Positions 22,290 to 34,014 of a stretch of DNA of 64,000 nucleotides are shown in pieces; the first letter of the stretch is position 1, and each line of letters begins with the position of its first letter. The notes below the pieces were generated by a model. It saw only the letters and a list, made by a program, of their open reading frames with translations, ran no database searches and was not told where the DNA came from. Position numbers and translations under genes: made by a program. Origin of the DNA: Phycisphaerales bacterium (GTDB taxonomy: Bacteria; Planctomycetota; Phycisphaerae; WQYP01); the NCBI GenBank assembly GCA_027451365.1, contig DAIDJN010000019.1:1-64000 (forward strand), in the 5' to 3' direction.

Positions 22290-25166
22290 GTGGACACCTC
22301 GGACTCTTTGGGCCGTCCAATTGATTCGGTAAATGCCCTGAACGCGGAATTTCTTCAAGACCTTTATCAGAAATGGCAGCAGGACCCGCAATCGGTTGAT
22401 GCCCAGTGGCGCTGGTTTTTTCAGGGCTTTAACCTGGCATCCGACGGGGCGTTATCGGCGGGGGCCAACCAGTCCACCGCCACAGCGGCGCCGACAGGTC
22501 TGGCGGCTGAGCCAGATTTGCAGATTGCCGACCTGATTCACAGTTATCGCGAATGGGGCCATTTGATCGCCGATTTGGACCCGCTGGGGCGGAATCAGAC
22601 AGAGCATCCGTTTTTAGGGTTGGAAGAATTCGGCCTGCGCGAAGCCGACTTGGACCGTATGGTCAAGGCTGGAAGCTTTGCCGGCAACAGCGTTGTGTCG
22701 CTGCGGCAGCTTATTTCCATGCTCCGCGCCACCTACTGCGGCACGCTTGCCGTGGAATATATGGACATACAGGATCCGGCCCAGCGCGCGTTTTTACAGG
22801 AACGCATGGAGCCGATGTTGAACAAACCCGAGCTGACCGCCGCGCAGCGGAAATTTATCATGTCTCGCCTGATCGCGGCCGAAGATTTCGAGCAATTTCT
22901 CCAGCGTCGGCATCCGACAGTCAAACGCTTTTCCATAGAGGGGGCGGAATCACAAATTACTTTGCTGGACGAATTAATTGAACATGGAGCCGCACTGGGT
23001 GTAGATGAAATGATTTTCGGGATGGCACACCGCGGGCGACTGAATGTGCTGGCGCATATCCTCAAAAAGCCTTATGAAATGATTCTTGCCGAGGTTCTGG
23101 ACCGCCCACAGAAACTGGGTGGCGACGGGGATGTGAAATACCACCTCGGCTATGCGTACGATCATACCACGCAGGCCGGCGGGTCTATCCACCTTTCCTT
23201 GGCGGCGAATCCAAGCCATCTGGAAATTGTGGACCCGGTGGTGGAGGGCATCGTCCGCGCGAAACAAAACCGCAAAGGAGATGTGACCCGTCAGCGCGTG
23301 GTGCCCGTCCTGATTCACGGCGACGCGGCCTTTACCGGGCAGGGGATTGTATCTGAAACACTGTATCTATCAGAGCTGGAGGCCTACCGCACGGGGGGCA
23401 CGATTCATATTATCTGTAACAATCAGATCGGATTCACGACCGACCCGACCGATTCCCGTTTCACGCGGTATCCTAGCGATATTGCCCGCGCCATTCAGGC
23501 GCCAGTTTTTCATGTCAATGGCGATGATCCGGAAGCGGTTGTGCACGCGGCACGCCTTGCGATGGAATTCCGCCAGCGATTCAAGGCGGACGTCATTATT
23601 GATCTGGTCTGTTACCGTCGCCGGGGCCACAATGAATTAGATGATCCCAGCGTGACCCAGCCGGTGGTTTACCGGCAAATCGCCAAACACCCCACGACCC
23701 GCCAATTGTACGCCAAGCGCCTTCTGGAGGCTGGCGTTACCAATGCGGCCGATCTGGACGCCATGGCGGCACAGGTGCATGAACGCCTCGAAAAAGCTCA
23801 GGAATATGCACAAACGTTCAAGCCCACAGATTTGCCGCCCCCGACCCGCGGACCTTGGCGAGACGTGGTGAAGGCGCCACGTGATATTCGTGACTGGCGT
23901 GTGGAAACCGCGGTACCCGCGGAACGCCTGACTCAAATCGCCCGTCAGGTCTGCGCTATGCCCGAGGGATTCAATGTCCACCCGAAGGTTGCGCAGATGT
24001 ACAAAATGCGGCTCGAATCCGTGACCAAGGGTACGGACATTGACTGGGGCTGCGGCGAAATGCTGGCGATTGGCTCGCTGCTGGATCAGGGAATTTGGGT
24101 GCGACTGACCGGACAGGATGTGTGCCGTGGCACATTTAGTCATCGCAATGCGGTTATTTACGATTCCCAGACCGGTCGCGGCCACACCCCGCTCGGTGCT
24201 TTCTGCGAAAACAAATCCCGTTTTACCATCATCAACACCATGCTTTCTGAACTGGCTGTGGTGGGATTTGAATACGGCTTTTCATCTGCAGATCCGCAGG
24301 CGCTTGTCATGTGGGAAGCGCAATTCGGCGATTTTGTAAACATGGCCCAGCCGATTATTGACCAGTTCATCACCACTGCCGAAACAAAATGGGGCAAATA
24401 CAACGGGTTGGTCATGCTGCTGCCCCACGGATACGAAGGCCAGGGGCCGGAGCATTCCCATGCCCGCCTGGAACGGTTTTTACAATTGGCCGCTGAAGAT
24501 AATATTCAGGTCTGCAACCCGACCACGCCGGCGCAATATTTTCATCTGCTCCGGCGGCAGGTGCTGCGCCAATTCCGCAAGCCGCTGATTGTCATGGCTC
24601 CCAAAAGCCTGCTCCGGAACAAACTGGCGGTTTCCAGCATTCAGGATTTTGCCAGTGCCCAGTTCGAAGAAATTATTGATGAAATCCGCCCGCTGGAACG
24701 CTCGCGAGTGCGCCGTGTTCTGATTTGCAGCGGAAAAATCTACTACGAACTGCTTGCCGAGCGCGAACGCCACCGCATTACGGATATCGCCATTCTGCGA
24801 CTGGAACAGATTTATCCTTTCCATGCCGAACGGCTGACTGAAATCGCCCGCACCTATCCCAAGGGAGTGGAAATGGTCTGGGTACAGGAGGAACCGCGGA
24901 ACAACGGTGTGTATCCGTTTATTGGTGCCAAACTGCACTATCATTGGCCAGGCATGCAGAAGCTGACGTACATTGGCCGCAAACCGTCCAGCAGTCCCGC
25001 CGCCGGTTCGCATGAACGCCACCACCACGAACAGGAAGAAATTATTATACGGGCTTTGAATCTTTCCCTGACGGAACTGGAAAAACAGGACCACAGCCTG
25101 AGCAATGGCAAAGTAGCCGCGCCCAGCCAGGTCGAAGTAACGGAAGGGACACCCGTAGGCAAGTAA
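22290..25166 (+). CDS. sucA: 2-oxoglutarate dehydrogenase E1
   Basis: [56 protein letters not shown]. Confidence 0.97.
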   Translation: MDTSDSLGRPIDSVNALNAEFLQDLYQKWQQDPQSVDAQWRWFFQGFNLASDGALSAGANQSTATAAPTGLAAEPDLQIADLIHSYREWGHLIADLDPLGRNQTEHPFLGLEEFGLREADLDRMVKAGSFAGNSVVSLRQLISMLRATYCGTLAVEYMDIQDPAQRAFLQERMEPMLNKPELTAAQRKFIMSRLIAAEDFEQFLQRRHPTVKRFSIEGAESQITLLDELIEHGAALGVDEMIFGMAHRGRLNVLAHILKKPYEMILAEVLDRPQKLGGDGDVKYHLGYAYDHTTQAGGSIHLSLAANPSHLEIVDPVVEGIVRAKQNRKGDVTRQRVVPVLIHGDAAFTGQGIVSETLYLSELEAYRTGGTIHIICNNQIGFTTDPTDSRFTRYPSDIARAIQAPVFHVNGDDPEAVVHAARLAMEFRQRFKADVIIDLVCYRRRGHNELDDPSVTQPVVYRQIAKHPTTRQLYAKRLLEAGVTNAADLDAMAAQVHERLEKAQEYAQTFKPTDLPPPTRGPWRDVVKAPRDIRDWRVETAVPAERLTQIARQVCAMPEGFNVHPKVAQMYKMRLESVTKGTDIDWGCGEMLAIGSLLDQGIWVRLTGQDVCRGTFSHRNAVIYDSQTGRGHTPLGAFCENKSRFTIINTMLSELAVVGFEYGFSSADPQALVMWEAQFGDFVNMAQPIIDQFITTAETKWGKYNGLVMLLPHGYEGQGPEHSHARLERFLQLAAEDNIQVCNPTTPAQYFHLLRRQVLRQFRKPLIVMAPKSLLRNKLAVSSIQDFASAQFEEIIDEIRPLERSRVRRVLICSGKIYYELLAERERHRITDIAILRLEQIYPFHAERLTEIARTYPKGVEMVWVQEEPRNNGVYPFIGAKLHYHWPGMQKLTYIGRKPSSSPAAGSHERHHHEQEEIIIRALNLSLTELEKQDHSLSNGKVAAPSQVEVTEGTPVGK

Positions 25167-25242
25167 AACAACGCCCGGCCGCCGGCCGGGGCCAGATGGA
25201 TGTTGTGGAACCGCAAGGATGTTAACAGGAAAGTATGATTCC

Positions 25243-26505
25243 ATGAGTACGACACAAGTAGATTTATTTGTTCCAGGCCTGGGCGAATCAATTACGGAGG
25301 CCCGAATCGCCAATTGGGTGAAGACCGATGGCGATTCAGTGGTTGCCGATGATGTGGTGGCGGAGTTGGAAACGGATAAAGCGACGGTAGAACTGCCCGC
25401 CGGTTCAACTGGCGTATTGCGGATTGTCAAAGATCGCGGTCAAACCGTGAACGTAGGTGACCTGATTGCGCGCATTGAACCCGGCGCGGCGGGTGGTAAG
25501 GCGATCGCCGCCTCGGCCCAGAAGACGCCACCGGCCCGAAATCTGGCACCATCGGTCCAGCGCCTGGTGACGGAAAAGAATCTGGACCCCGCAAAAATTT
25601 CGCCCACCGGTCCGGGAAATCGCATCACCAAAGCGGATGTCGTGACCCATCTGGATGCCAAAGATGCGGGAGCCACGTCCCAGTCGGATGCCGCCGCCGC
25701 TGAAACTTCCCGTGCCGTCCGCCAGTCCCAACCCGGAAGGCCAACCGCCGTCCCGGCGGATGCCGCCAGATCCGCCGCACCGGTCATAGCCGCGGCCGCT
25801 GATGGTCCGGAAGAAACGCGTGTGGAAATGTCCAAGCTGCGCGAAACCGTGGCGCGACGGCTGGTCGAGGCACAGCACACCGCCGCGATTTTGACTACTT
25901 TCAATGAAGTCGATATGTCCGCGGTCATGTCGTTGCGCGACAAATACAAGGAAAAATTTGAAAAGACCCACAGTGTCGGGCTCGGTTTCCTGTCCTTTTT
26001 CGCAAAAGCCGTCTGTGCCGCCGCCAAAGCCGTTCCCGTGGTGAATGCCCAGCTTCAGCAGCGGGCGATTGTCTACAAAAAACATCTGCACCTGGGTGTG
26101 GCCGTGGCTACGGAAAAGGGCCTTATTGTGCCCGTGGTGCGCTATGCCGACAAACTTTCCATGGCCCAGATTGAAGCCGAAATTAAGCGGTTGGCTACCC
26201 GCGCCCGCGAGGGAAAAATTTCCCTGGAAGAACTTGGCGGGGGCACGTTTACCATTACGAACGGTGGCGTATTCGGATCGCTGTTGTCCACGCCCATCCT
26301 GAATCCACCGCAAAGCGCTATTCTCGGTCTGCATAAAATTGAAAAGCGCGCGGTTGTCGTCAACGATCAGATTGTCATCCGCCCGATGATGTATCTGGCT
26401 CTTAGTTACGACCATCGCCTGATCGACGGCCAGCAGGCCGTGACCTTCCTGGTGCACATGAAAGAATCGCTTGAGGATCCTTCGCGACTGCTGCTGGAAG
26501 TGTAA
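25243..26505 (+). CDS. sucB: Dihydrolipoyl succinyltransferase E2
   Basis: Lipoyl ETDKA, E3-binding domain, [17 protein letters not shown]. Confidence 0.96.
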   Translation: MSTTQVDLFVPGLGESITEARIANWVKTDGDSVVADDVVAELETDKATVELPAGSTGVLRIVKDRGQTVNVGDLIARIEPGAAGGKAIAASAQKTPPARNLAPSVQRLVTEKNLDPAKISPTGPGNRITKADVVTHLDAKDAGATSQSDAAAAETSRAVRQSQPGRPTAVPADAARSAAPVIAAAADGPEETRVEMSKLRETVARRLVEAQHTAAILTTFNEVDMSAVMSLRDKYKEKFEKTHSVGLGFLSFFAKAVCAAAKAVPVVNAQLQQRAIVYKKHLHLGVAVATEKGLIVPVVRYADKLSMAQIEAEIKRLATRAREGKISLEELGGGTFTITNGGVFGSLLSTPILNPPQSAILGLHKIEKRAVVVNDQIVIRPMMYLALSYDHRLIDGQQAVTFLVHMKESLEDPSRLLLEV

Positions 26506-26856
26506 GCCTCCGAAACTCAATGCATACCCTGCTTATGTGAACCGCTGAAGCCACACCGCCGGTCAGGCGATTCGGCGGTTCTTGCAATACTGTGGGTAAA
26601 ATCGCGACCGCTGGTATTCCGCGATGGCATTCTCCTTTGGAATGCATGGCTTGTTCAATCGACGAATTGCCGAAGTGCTCGTCGGTTAAGGCATCCGTAC
26701 CGGTCCGGTGGCTTATTTGAAAGGGTCTTTCAGCGTGGTGGATACTAATTTGGCTAAAAAATAGCCTTTTTTTTCATGAGCCCTTGTATCCTGCGGAATT
26801 CTTACTATGATACACGCAGTTTCTGGTTTTCTTTGTTCTTTATAAAGGATTTGCCA

Positions 26857-27168
26857 ATGGCAGACAAAGCACCAACGAAGAGTGAAATTCTTTCGGCCAT
26901 TTCCGCGGAGACGGAACTTTCGCGCAAGCAGGTCGCGTCCGTGATGGAAGCGATGGCGGGCCTCATCAGCAAGAACGTGGGCAAAAAAGGTCCAGGCCTT
27001 TTTGTAGTCCCGGGCCTGATGAAAATTACCGTCATCAACAAGCCCGCCACCAAAGCTCGCAAAGGTATCAATCCGTTCACCAAAGAAGAAGTCATGTTCA
27101 AAGCCAAGCCGGCTCGCCGCGTCATCAAAGTGCGCCCGCTTAAGGCTCTTAAAGACATGGCTAAATAA
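26857..27168 (+). CDS. HU-family DNA-binding protein
   Basis: TKSEI...TELSRKQV...PGL.K...KARKGINPFT.E...KAKPA. Confidence 0.9.
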   Translation: MADKAPTKSEILSAISAETELSRKQVASVMEAMAGLISKNVGKKGPGLFVVPGLMKITVINKPATKARKGINPFTKEEVMFKAKPARRVIKVRPLKALKDMAK

Positions 27169-27622
27169 GTTCGCACCAGAATTTCTGAAGCTGATCATGC
27201 GAGCCGGTGGCTGCGGTTGCCTGCGGGCATGATCTTCGGAAGCCTGGGATATTGCCACGGACCGAATGATGTTGATTGTCTCTGGCCTGTTTAAACAGAC
27301 CGGCGGACATGCGATGCAGTCGCGTTCTTGGTGGCGATGTTGGGTGTTGCCGTGTCGTGCGTTACCGGTTTACGGTTCCGCTGACATTGGCGGCGATGCC
27401 TGAAATTGGCGGTTGTGCGGAAATCATTTGGACTGCGCGCGGTTTTCATGGCTTGTCCATGTTGATGGCGTCTGTTCTATGAAGACCAATTTGTTTAGCC
27501 GATCAATTGGGTATTTAGTTCACTGTGTTTAATTTGCGTTGAATGCTGCCTGGTCGGCAATTCGGCAGGCAACTTTCAGCCGGGTCACCATCAACTCGAC
27601 GTGATCTGATAGACATTTATTT

Positions 27623-27662
27623 CCCATGCCGCGGTTCGACCCGCGGCATGGGTTTCTTTTTT
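27623..27662 (+). terminator. Intrinsic terminator-like hairpin
   Basis: Perfect 12-bp stem CCCATGCCGCGG-TTCGAC-CCGCGGCATGGG followed by TTTCTTTTTT. Confidence 0.8.
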
Positions 27663-27859
27663 ATCCCCTCCGACCAGCGTCCCGGCCAATGCTCCCATCG
27701 CGATCTGCTTGCCAGGTTTTGATTGCAGCTAAAAGCTGTGGTCTGATAAGGCCCGTCCTTAAACATGTCAGGTCATAAAATTGACGGCCGAGGCGATGAA
27801 AGCTATCCTGCGCCTGCCGTACAGGATGGTTATCGTGTCGCTTGGAGAAATTTATATAT

Positions 27860-29677
27860 ATGGCAAATCGACGACAATTTCTGAAAATAATCACTACCGC
27901 CGCTGTCGCCTCTTTAGCCGCTGCGCGAACCGATGCGGTGGCGGTCCCGACCACTGGACGTGCCGCATCCGTATCGCGGGCAAACAAGACCATCTTCGGT
28001 GAAAATGTGTACGTTTTCGATGCGGAAATGCCTGCCGATGGAATCAACCATATCACCCGAGAAGTTTTCGGGAAGATGGAATCGAATCAGTTTGCATCGC
28101 AAGGGTATGCATTCCTGTTCAAACCGGGTAAATACCGTGTGAATTTTAATGTCGGCTTTTATACGGAAGTCGCGGGCCTGGGAAAAAATCCTGACGATGT
28201 ACTTATTGACGGCGGTGTGAACATCAATGCCCAGTGGAGTGGCGGAGCCGCCCTGGTCAACTTCTGGCGGACAATCAGTAACTTTGCTGTGCTGCCCTCG
28301 GCTACCGGCGGTACGACGCGCATTGCCGTGTCGCAAGCCTCGCCTATGCGACGTTTGCACGTGAAGGGCGATCTTAACCTCTTCGACGTGTGGAAGTCAT
28401 GTCATTGCGGCGCCGGCTACGCAAGTGGCGGGTTTCTGGCGGATTCAGTGGTGGATGGCAAAGTGGTGCCCGCGTCACAACAGCAATGGTTGGCGCGCAA
28501 CAGCAAGTGGTCAGCCTGGAGCAACGCCGTGTGGAACATGGTGTTTGTAGGGTGTCAACATGCTCCGGGGAACACATTTCCCAATCCTGCCTATACGGTG
28601 GTTCACCGGACGCCGGTGATTCGTGAGAAGCCATATTTATATGTCGATAAATCTGGCGATTTCGCGGTCTTTGTTCCCGCGCTGCGGCACAACACCATTG
28701 GAGTGTCCTGGGCTTCGGGTGCAACGCCGGGAGCATCAATTCCGATAGAGCAATTTTATATCGCGCACCCCGCCAAAGACTCGGCCGCCAGCCTGAACAG
28801 GGCGCTGGCGGATGGCAGGCATGTTATTTTCACACCCGGCACATACGAATTAAGTGACACACTTCGAGTGACCCGCCCGAACACCATACTTCTGGGTTTG
28901 GCCGTGCCGTCGCTGAAAGCCATGACCGGGCGGCCCGCGGTTTCGGTTTCTGATGTGGACGGCGTGACCATTGCCGGGCTTATTGTGGATGCCGGTCCGG
29001 TCAACTCTCCCTGCCTGCTGGAACTGGGATCTGTCGGCAGTGCGGACGATCACTCGGCTAACCCAAGCTTTCTTTATGACTTAACCGTGCGCACGGCCGG
29101 GCCGGCGGCAGGACGCAACGACGCGGGAATTGTCATTCACAGTAGCCATGTGGTGACTGATAATATCTGGATTTGGCGGGCGGATCATGGCAACGGCGTC
29201 GGGTGGAGGGCAAATGCCACAAAACACGGACTGGTGGTGAATGCCGACGACGTGACCTGTTATGGATTATTCAATGAACACCACGAGGAATACCAGACGC
29301 TTTGGAATGGCAACCGTGGTCGAGTGTACATGTATCAATCTGAAATGCCGTACGATCCGCCCGACCAGGCATCATGGATGGCTGGCCAGACCGATGGCTA
29401 CGCATCGTACAAAGTGGCCGATACCGTGACCGATCACGAGGCCTGGGGATTGGGAATTTACTGCTTTTTTCGTGATGCTGTTATTAAATGCCAGAGCGCC
29501 ATTCAGGCACCGTCTGTCCGAGGGGTTCGTTTGCACGATATGACGACGGTCTGGCTAAGTGGAAAGAAGGGCAGCCAGATCGATCACATTGTCAATCGCA
29601 TCGGCGGCCGGGTGTACGGCAATACTCCCGCTTCGGCCATGCGACAGACCTTAAATGAATTCGGTGGCATCGGCTGA
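27860..29677 (+). CDS. Tat-exported GH55-type exo-beta-1,3-glucanase
   Basis: NRRQFLK signal; FGENVYVFD, LFKPGKY, NFWR, VSQASPMRR, SQQQW, WIWRADH, YQSEMPYDPP as in bacterial GH55. Confidence 0.8.
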   Translation: MANRRQFLKIITTAAVASLAAARTDAVAVPTTGRAASVSRANKTIFGENVYVFDAEMPADGINHITREVFGKMESNQFASQGYAFLFKPGKYRVNFNVGFYTEVAGLGKNPDDVLIDGGVNINAQWSGGAALVNFWRTISNFAVLPSATGGTTRIAVSQASPMRRLHVKGDLNLFDVWKSCHCGAGYASGGFLADSVVDGKVVPASQQQWLARNSKWSAWSNAVWNMVFVGCQHAPGNTFPNPAYTVVHRTPVIREKPYLYVDKSGDFAVFVPALRHNTIGVSWASGATPGASIPIEQFYIAHPAKDSAASLNRALADGRHVIFTPGTYELSDTLRVTRPNTILLGLAVPSLKAMTGRPAVSVSDVDGVTIAGLIVDAGPVNSPCLLELGSVGSADDHSANPSFLYDLTVRTAGPAAGRNDAGIVIHSSHVVTDNIWIWRADHGNGVGWRANATKHGLVVNADDVTCYGLFNEHHEEYQTLWNGNRGRVYMYQSEMPYDPPDQASWMAGQTDGYASYKVADTVTDHEAWGLGIYCFFRDAVIKCQSAIQAPSVRGVRLHDMTTVWLSGKKGSQIDHIVNRIGGRVYGNTPASAMRQTLNEFGGIG

Positions 29678-29851
29678 TACCCGTGTTGTCAGCGACCGTT
29701 TCACGCCCGTGAGCCGTGACGGGGTTTTCCCCCTTTCACGCCCCGCAGGCCAGATCACCATATCCCGCGTATGTGCGGCCACAAGTCACGCTTGTAATCG
29801 GTCCGCTTATTTTTGATGGTGCGCAGCGGCATCAGGCTGCCGCAGCCCGCT

Positions 29852-31939
29852 TTATAATCCTTGTCCGCCGTGCAGGGTGTCCAGCGACTGATACTTTTTT
29901 TCCCGGGCGATGCGCTTCAGAAGTCTGATCCGCAATTCCTGTTCGTGGCGCGGCAGTTTTGTTGCGGGTGTCAGCAGCTTAATCCCCTGCTTCCAGCTAT
30001 CAAGTGCTAAGCTGTTCTCATTTAGCTTATGGAGCGTATCGCCAAGGTGCAGAAATTCCGCGGCATTTTCACCGCCGGGAAGTGCCACGGCAATACGCAA
30101 TTCTTCAAGTGCCCGCCGGAAATGCCCAAGCCGATAGTAAATCCATCCCAGCGTGTCACGGGAAGCGGTATCCCGCGGGTATTCCCTCACCGACAGTTTC
30201 GCCATGCCCAGTGACTTGGTCAGATGCATTCGCCGCTGCGCCCAGAAAAACGCCAGATTATTGTTCGCTTCGGCATTGCTCGGCTCGATAGCAAGAATCC
30301 TTTTCATCTGTGTGACATAAGTGGTCGTATCGCCCTGTTCGTAGCTCAGGTCCGCAAAGGCTTGAATGTCCGCGATTCGCGGCGCGGGCTGGTAGGCCAG
30401 ATTGTGGAGGACAGCCAGCGCCCGCTTTGGCCTGTTTACCTGCTCCAGAAAATGTACATTCAGGCGTTTGACCCAATTCCGATTCGGCAATTTCGAGCTT
30501 AACTTTGCCAGCCAATCCGCTGCTGCGATCGAATGGTGCAGTTGCAGAAGCAAGTCCACATACATGACCTGACGGGAACTGGAACGAAATTCCCGCTCCG
30601 CCGCCGCGCGGACGCTGGCCATCGCCTTGTGAGGATGGCCGTTCGCAAGCAGGCTTTGCAGAAGAGCCGCCATGAGCGTCGGATCATCCGGGCGTTGAAA
30701 AAGAGCTGCGTGAATATCCTTTAAGGATTGTGCGAACGCATGACGGGCAAGGTCGCTTTTCCAGAGAGCCATCGCGATTCTTTTATCACGCGGATTGTGC
30801 TTCGCGGCGTTTCGCAGCAGTTTATCCGCAAGAATACTGTTTCCAGCGACCAGCGCATGATTTGCCGCAAAAACGATGCTGCGGGAATCCGTCGGAAAAT
30901 TCACCGCGTAAAGGTGTTCCAGCCTCTGTGTCAGGACGGTATTGTTTTTATTTTGCGCGATTCGCAATAGGCCGCGGTAAGCCGGCGCGAAATCCGGAAA
31001 CAAATTCAGCAGAATAAGGAGTTCATGAATTTCCGGGCGTTGCTGGCCGCGTGCCCGATATACTCTGGCCAGCAGCCAATATCCCAGCAGCCTATGTTTA
31101 TTCATTCGCTGATATGCTGTCGCTAATCGCAATGCGGAGTCTGTCCGGTCCTGACCCAGGTCCATGGCCAATTGCATGACCAGCCGGTCCGGGTGGTGGC
31201 TCAAATGCCGGATGCCGGTACGCAATTCTTTACTGGCGGCGGCAAAATCGTGCTGCAGAAATAATTCCCCGGCAATAAATTTCTGTATGCCCGGCAATTG
31301 CGAATCTGAATTTTCGGCCGCGTATCCGAAGCCCGTGGCCGCCAGATGGTCTCCCGCCGCGCTGGCCACAATCGCCAGCAAAAAGTACCGCCAGGCTCTT
31401 TTCCGCTGAATTAGCGTGCTGGAAATCCGATTTTGTCCGACGGCCGCCGAGGCGGGCAATCCGGTGTGGTGGTCGCCCGTTGCACGTACCAGGTTGGCCA
31501 ACTCGCGTTGCGTGGGATATGGCCCGATCAGCACATACAAATCGTTCCGCACCACGCCCGCAGTTAGGATGCCATTGGCCGCCGCACCGGCCAGCAGTTG
31601 GAGTGCCGCCCCAGTCCTGCGCTGCTGTCGGGACAGGGAAAGATATTCCAGCATTGTGGCCGTGTCAGTCGGATGAGCATTCAGATATTGCTGAAAATGT
31701 CGCAGGCTCGCCGCCCACTCTCCTGTGGTTAATTCGTGCCGGGCTTTCGCAAGAAGCCGCAGCATCGCTGGATTCACCGCCCCCTGGGCGGCCGGTTTGA
31801 TGGCGGCCACCGTTTCGGTCTGGCACATTGCGGCGTTTGCCGCCAGAAATACCGCAGCGGCACCAGCCCACTTCAGTAGCCATCCAACACGCCAAAGCCG
31901 GGGTTTGCGTTGTGCCGAATAGCGGGTGGTGATCTTCAT
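29852..31939 (-). CDS. Exported tetratricopeptide repeat protein (start uncertain, 31939-31960)
   Basis: Signal peptide; helical repeats; ANNNLAF..A, DTLGWIYY, HLGD C-terminal TPR pattern. Confidence 0.8.
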   Translation of the reverse strand: MKITTRYSAQRKPRLWRVGWLLKWAGAAAVFLAANAAMCQTETVAAIKPAAQGAVNPAMLRLLAKARHELTTGEWAASLRHFQQYLNAHPTDTATMLEYLSLSRQQRRTGAALQLLAGAAANGILTAGVVRNDLYVLIGPYPTQRELANLVRATGDHHTGLPASAAVGQNRISSTLIQRKRAWRYFLLAIVASAAGDHLAATGFGYAAENSDSQLPGIQKFIAGELFLQHDFAAASKELRTGIRHLSHHPDRLVMQLAMDLGQDRTDSALRLATAYQRMNKHRLLGYWLLARVYRARGQQRPEIHELLILLNLFPDFAPAYRGLLRIAQNKNNTVLTQRLEHLYAVNFPTDSRSIVFAANHALVAGNSILADKLLRNAAKHNPRDKRIAMALWKSDLARHAFAQSLKDIHAALFQRPDDPTLMAALLQSLLANGHPHKAMASVRAAAEREFRSSSRQVMYVDLLLQLHHSIAAADWLAKLSSKLPNRNWVKRLNVHFLEQVNRPKRALAVLHNLAYQPAPRIADIQAFADLSYEQGDTTTYVTQMKRILAIEPSNAEANNNLAFFWAQRRMHLTKSLGMAKLSVREYPRDTASRDTLGWIYYRLGHFRRALEELRIAVALPGGENAAEFLHLGDTLHKLNENSLALDSWKQGIKLLTPATKLPRHEQELRIRLLKRIAREKKYQSLDTLHGGQGL

Positions 31940-32274
31940 ATTCGATAACTCCGGAATCAACAGTCAGCATATTGTAGTCCGTTATCGGCGTATCGTCGCG
32001 AAGCCCGACATTCGGCATTTATCGGATCTGCCCGTCTTGGTCCGAAGTTGTCCGATTGCGTGCGGAATGGTTCGTGAAGAACAACTGTGAAAGTCTGTCT
32101 GCCGGCTTGTGACCGTGGTCCCAGGCCGCTTGGAATACTCCATCTGTTCGCTTTCGGTGGATCGTCCGCTCACACATAAGTGTAGGTTGAGCCTTCCGGT
32201 AAAAAGGGGCACTCTTTTTGCTTGCCGCCAGAACGAGCATTTTTGTGGAGGCGGTCGTCCCACGTGCGTGCCTT

Positions 32275-33708
32275 TTATTTGCCGCCGGCGCGGGGCTCGG
32301 CTGGTGAAAATCCAATGGAGCGCAACCTTAGCCATGCCCCCGGTTCGCCGGCCTTCACGGGCGCGATCATAATCTGCGCAATGTGGCCCCGATAAGCGGT
32401 CGAGGCACTTAGTCTGATGGCATAATGGTGATAATGTCCATCGCCGATGATTTTAAAAGCAATGCTGCGTTCCGCGGCAAAGCCCGTCTGCCGCGTGTTG
32501 CGCCAGAACATCCTGCCGCTTTTGCGGCTGGTTTTAAAAGCCGCGTCCATGTAGAGAACCGGAGCCTGCCGGGCCGGCCAGAAAGCGGAAGGACCGACCA
32601 ATTCCGGGTGGTGCCCGGCAAGCGAAATATTCAGCCGTCCTTTGACAGGCCAGCCTGTATCGATTGCGTCGTGATAGACCCAGCCCTGCCGATCGCGGGT
32701 AAATGTCCATACCGGTGGGCGCGGCCGCTTTGCATGCCGATAAACAAAATCACGAATATCCTTCAGATTGCCCACAATTAAAACATAATGGTATTGATAT
32801 ATAATATTGTGATCAAGAATCACAGATTGGTTGGGAGCCATATAGCCCGTTTGAGCGCTGGCAGGACCGCCGTGGCCGGTTTGCGCGCCAAAAAAGCCGC
32901 CGGAGAAATCAAAAGTACCCGGTGACCAGACGCCGATTCCGTTGTCATTGCTGTTTAACATGGCCGCCCAATTTTCTGTGGCGTGAAACGGAATCCAGGG
33001 GTCGCCGCGCAGTTTGCCCGCGAAAACGGCCTGTTCGCGGGCCAATGCTTGGCGCGTGTCAAGGAACGTGAGTGGCCGATGGGTGAAAGGCCGATTGCCG
33101 GTATATGAGACCAGCCGCCAGTATTTGCCAACAGTATAAATGGCTGGGCATTCCTGCGGCCGTCCGGGGTATTGCGTGTGATCCATCCGGTGAAGAATGG
33201 TGGCGCACCGTACATAGATGGCGTTGTTGTGGAGTCTAATAGTGCATTGAAACGTGCAATGTGCCGGAACATTTTTCAGCGGCCAGATCATCGGAATACA
33301 GCGTACCACCAGACGCGACGCGGTCTGGTGGAAGTAGGTTATTTTGCTCCGAAAGCCGAAGGCGTCGCCGCACTGAATTGGATTCCATCCGAGGCCGCGC
33401 CATGCCGGCGCAATTATTTTGCCGGGTGGAATATACGGATTCGGGCCTGAATAATCAGACATTTGAATCTCTCTGCCAAGATCGCAATGGTTAATCAGAT
33501 TGGTCTTTTTTCCAGACCGGGAAATACTGGTGATCGCGCCACCCATGGCCAGATTGACACCCACCCGCAGTTTGCCATTATCCAGATAGCGCATGACCGG
33601 CGCGGGTGCGGGCTTGGCAAAACAGCGACTGATTTCCAGTCCGCGGCCAGGCATCAGAATGATAATTGCGACACAGGCCATCCAGCGAAACGGGTAGGAG
33701 TAAATCAT
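32275..33708 (-). CDS. Secreted protein of unknown function, probably carbohydrate-related
   Basis: Signal-like N-terminus; long ORF with LDNGKLRVGVNL..GGAIT, DLGREIQ, WNPIQ.GD, QECPAIY; aromatic-rich beta C-terminal module. Confidence 0.7.
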   Translation of the reverse strand: MIYSYPFRWMACVAIIILMPGRGLEISRCFAKPAPAPVMRYLDNGKLRVGVNLAMGGAITSISRSGKKTNLINHCDLGREIQMSDYSGPNPYIPPGKIIAPAWRGLGWNPIQCGDAFGFRSKITYFHQTASRLVVRCIPMIWPLKNVPAHCTFQCTIRLHNNAIYVRCATILHRMDHTQYPGRPQECPAIYTVGKYWRLVSYTGNRPFTHRPLTFLDTRQALAREQAVFAGKLRGDPWIPFHATENWAAMLNSNDNGIGVWSPGTFDFSGGFFGAQTGHGGPASAQTGYMAPNQSVILDHNIIYQYHYVLIVGNLKDIRDFVYRHAKRPRPPVWTFTRDRQGWVYHDAIDTGWPVKGRLNISLAGHHPELVGPSAFWPARQAPVLYMDAAFKTSRKSGRMFWRNTRQTGFAAERSIAFKIIGDGHYHHYAIRLSASTAYRGHIAQIMIAPVKAGEPGAWLRLRSIGFSPAEPRAGGK

Positions 33709-33779
33709 ATCTGTTCCTGTCACCTCATACGACCAAAATGCGCAGTCCGCGTATCACCAACCGAAATCGGGAAGCGATC

Positions 33780-34014
33780 ATGCACGCCCGTGATACACCG
33801 TCTGAACCGGTATCGCCATCTCCGCCCGCACAACCTGTTGAAAACCCGGCACAATGTTGGACTCCCGCGGATACGCCAGACTGCGCTGAAGGTCGTCATT
33901 ATTGACGCCCGGCATGGCGATTTCCTCCGGGACTTTCCTGCCGGTTTGCACGGATTATTCCAGCAAATCAGTCGCGAGCAGATCCTTGGCTATAAAACTT
34001 CAAACCGGGAATTG
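33780..34014 (-). pseudogene. Remnant of a XylR/LacI-type ligand-binding domain
   Basis: QFPV*SFIAKDLLATDLLE*SVQTGRKVPEEIAMPGVNNDDLQRSLAYPRESNI with two in-frame stops. Confidence 0.6.

Noticed and set aside
24480..26520. Long antisense ORFs over sucAB (also over kdpB, GH43 and ubiD)
   Set aside because: Typical codon-bias shadows with no protein motifs
27629..27646. GGTTCGACCC resembling a tRNA T-arm
   Set aside because: No D-arm, anticodon arm or acceptor stem; it is a terminator loop
31960..32275. Possible ncRNA or small ORFs upstream of the TPR gene
   Set aside because: No convincing long stems, RBS-linked ORF or known motif
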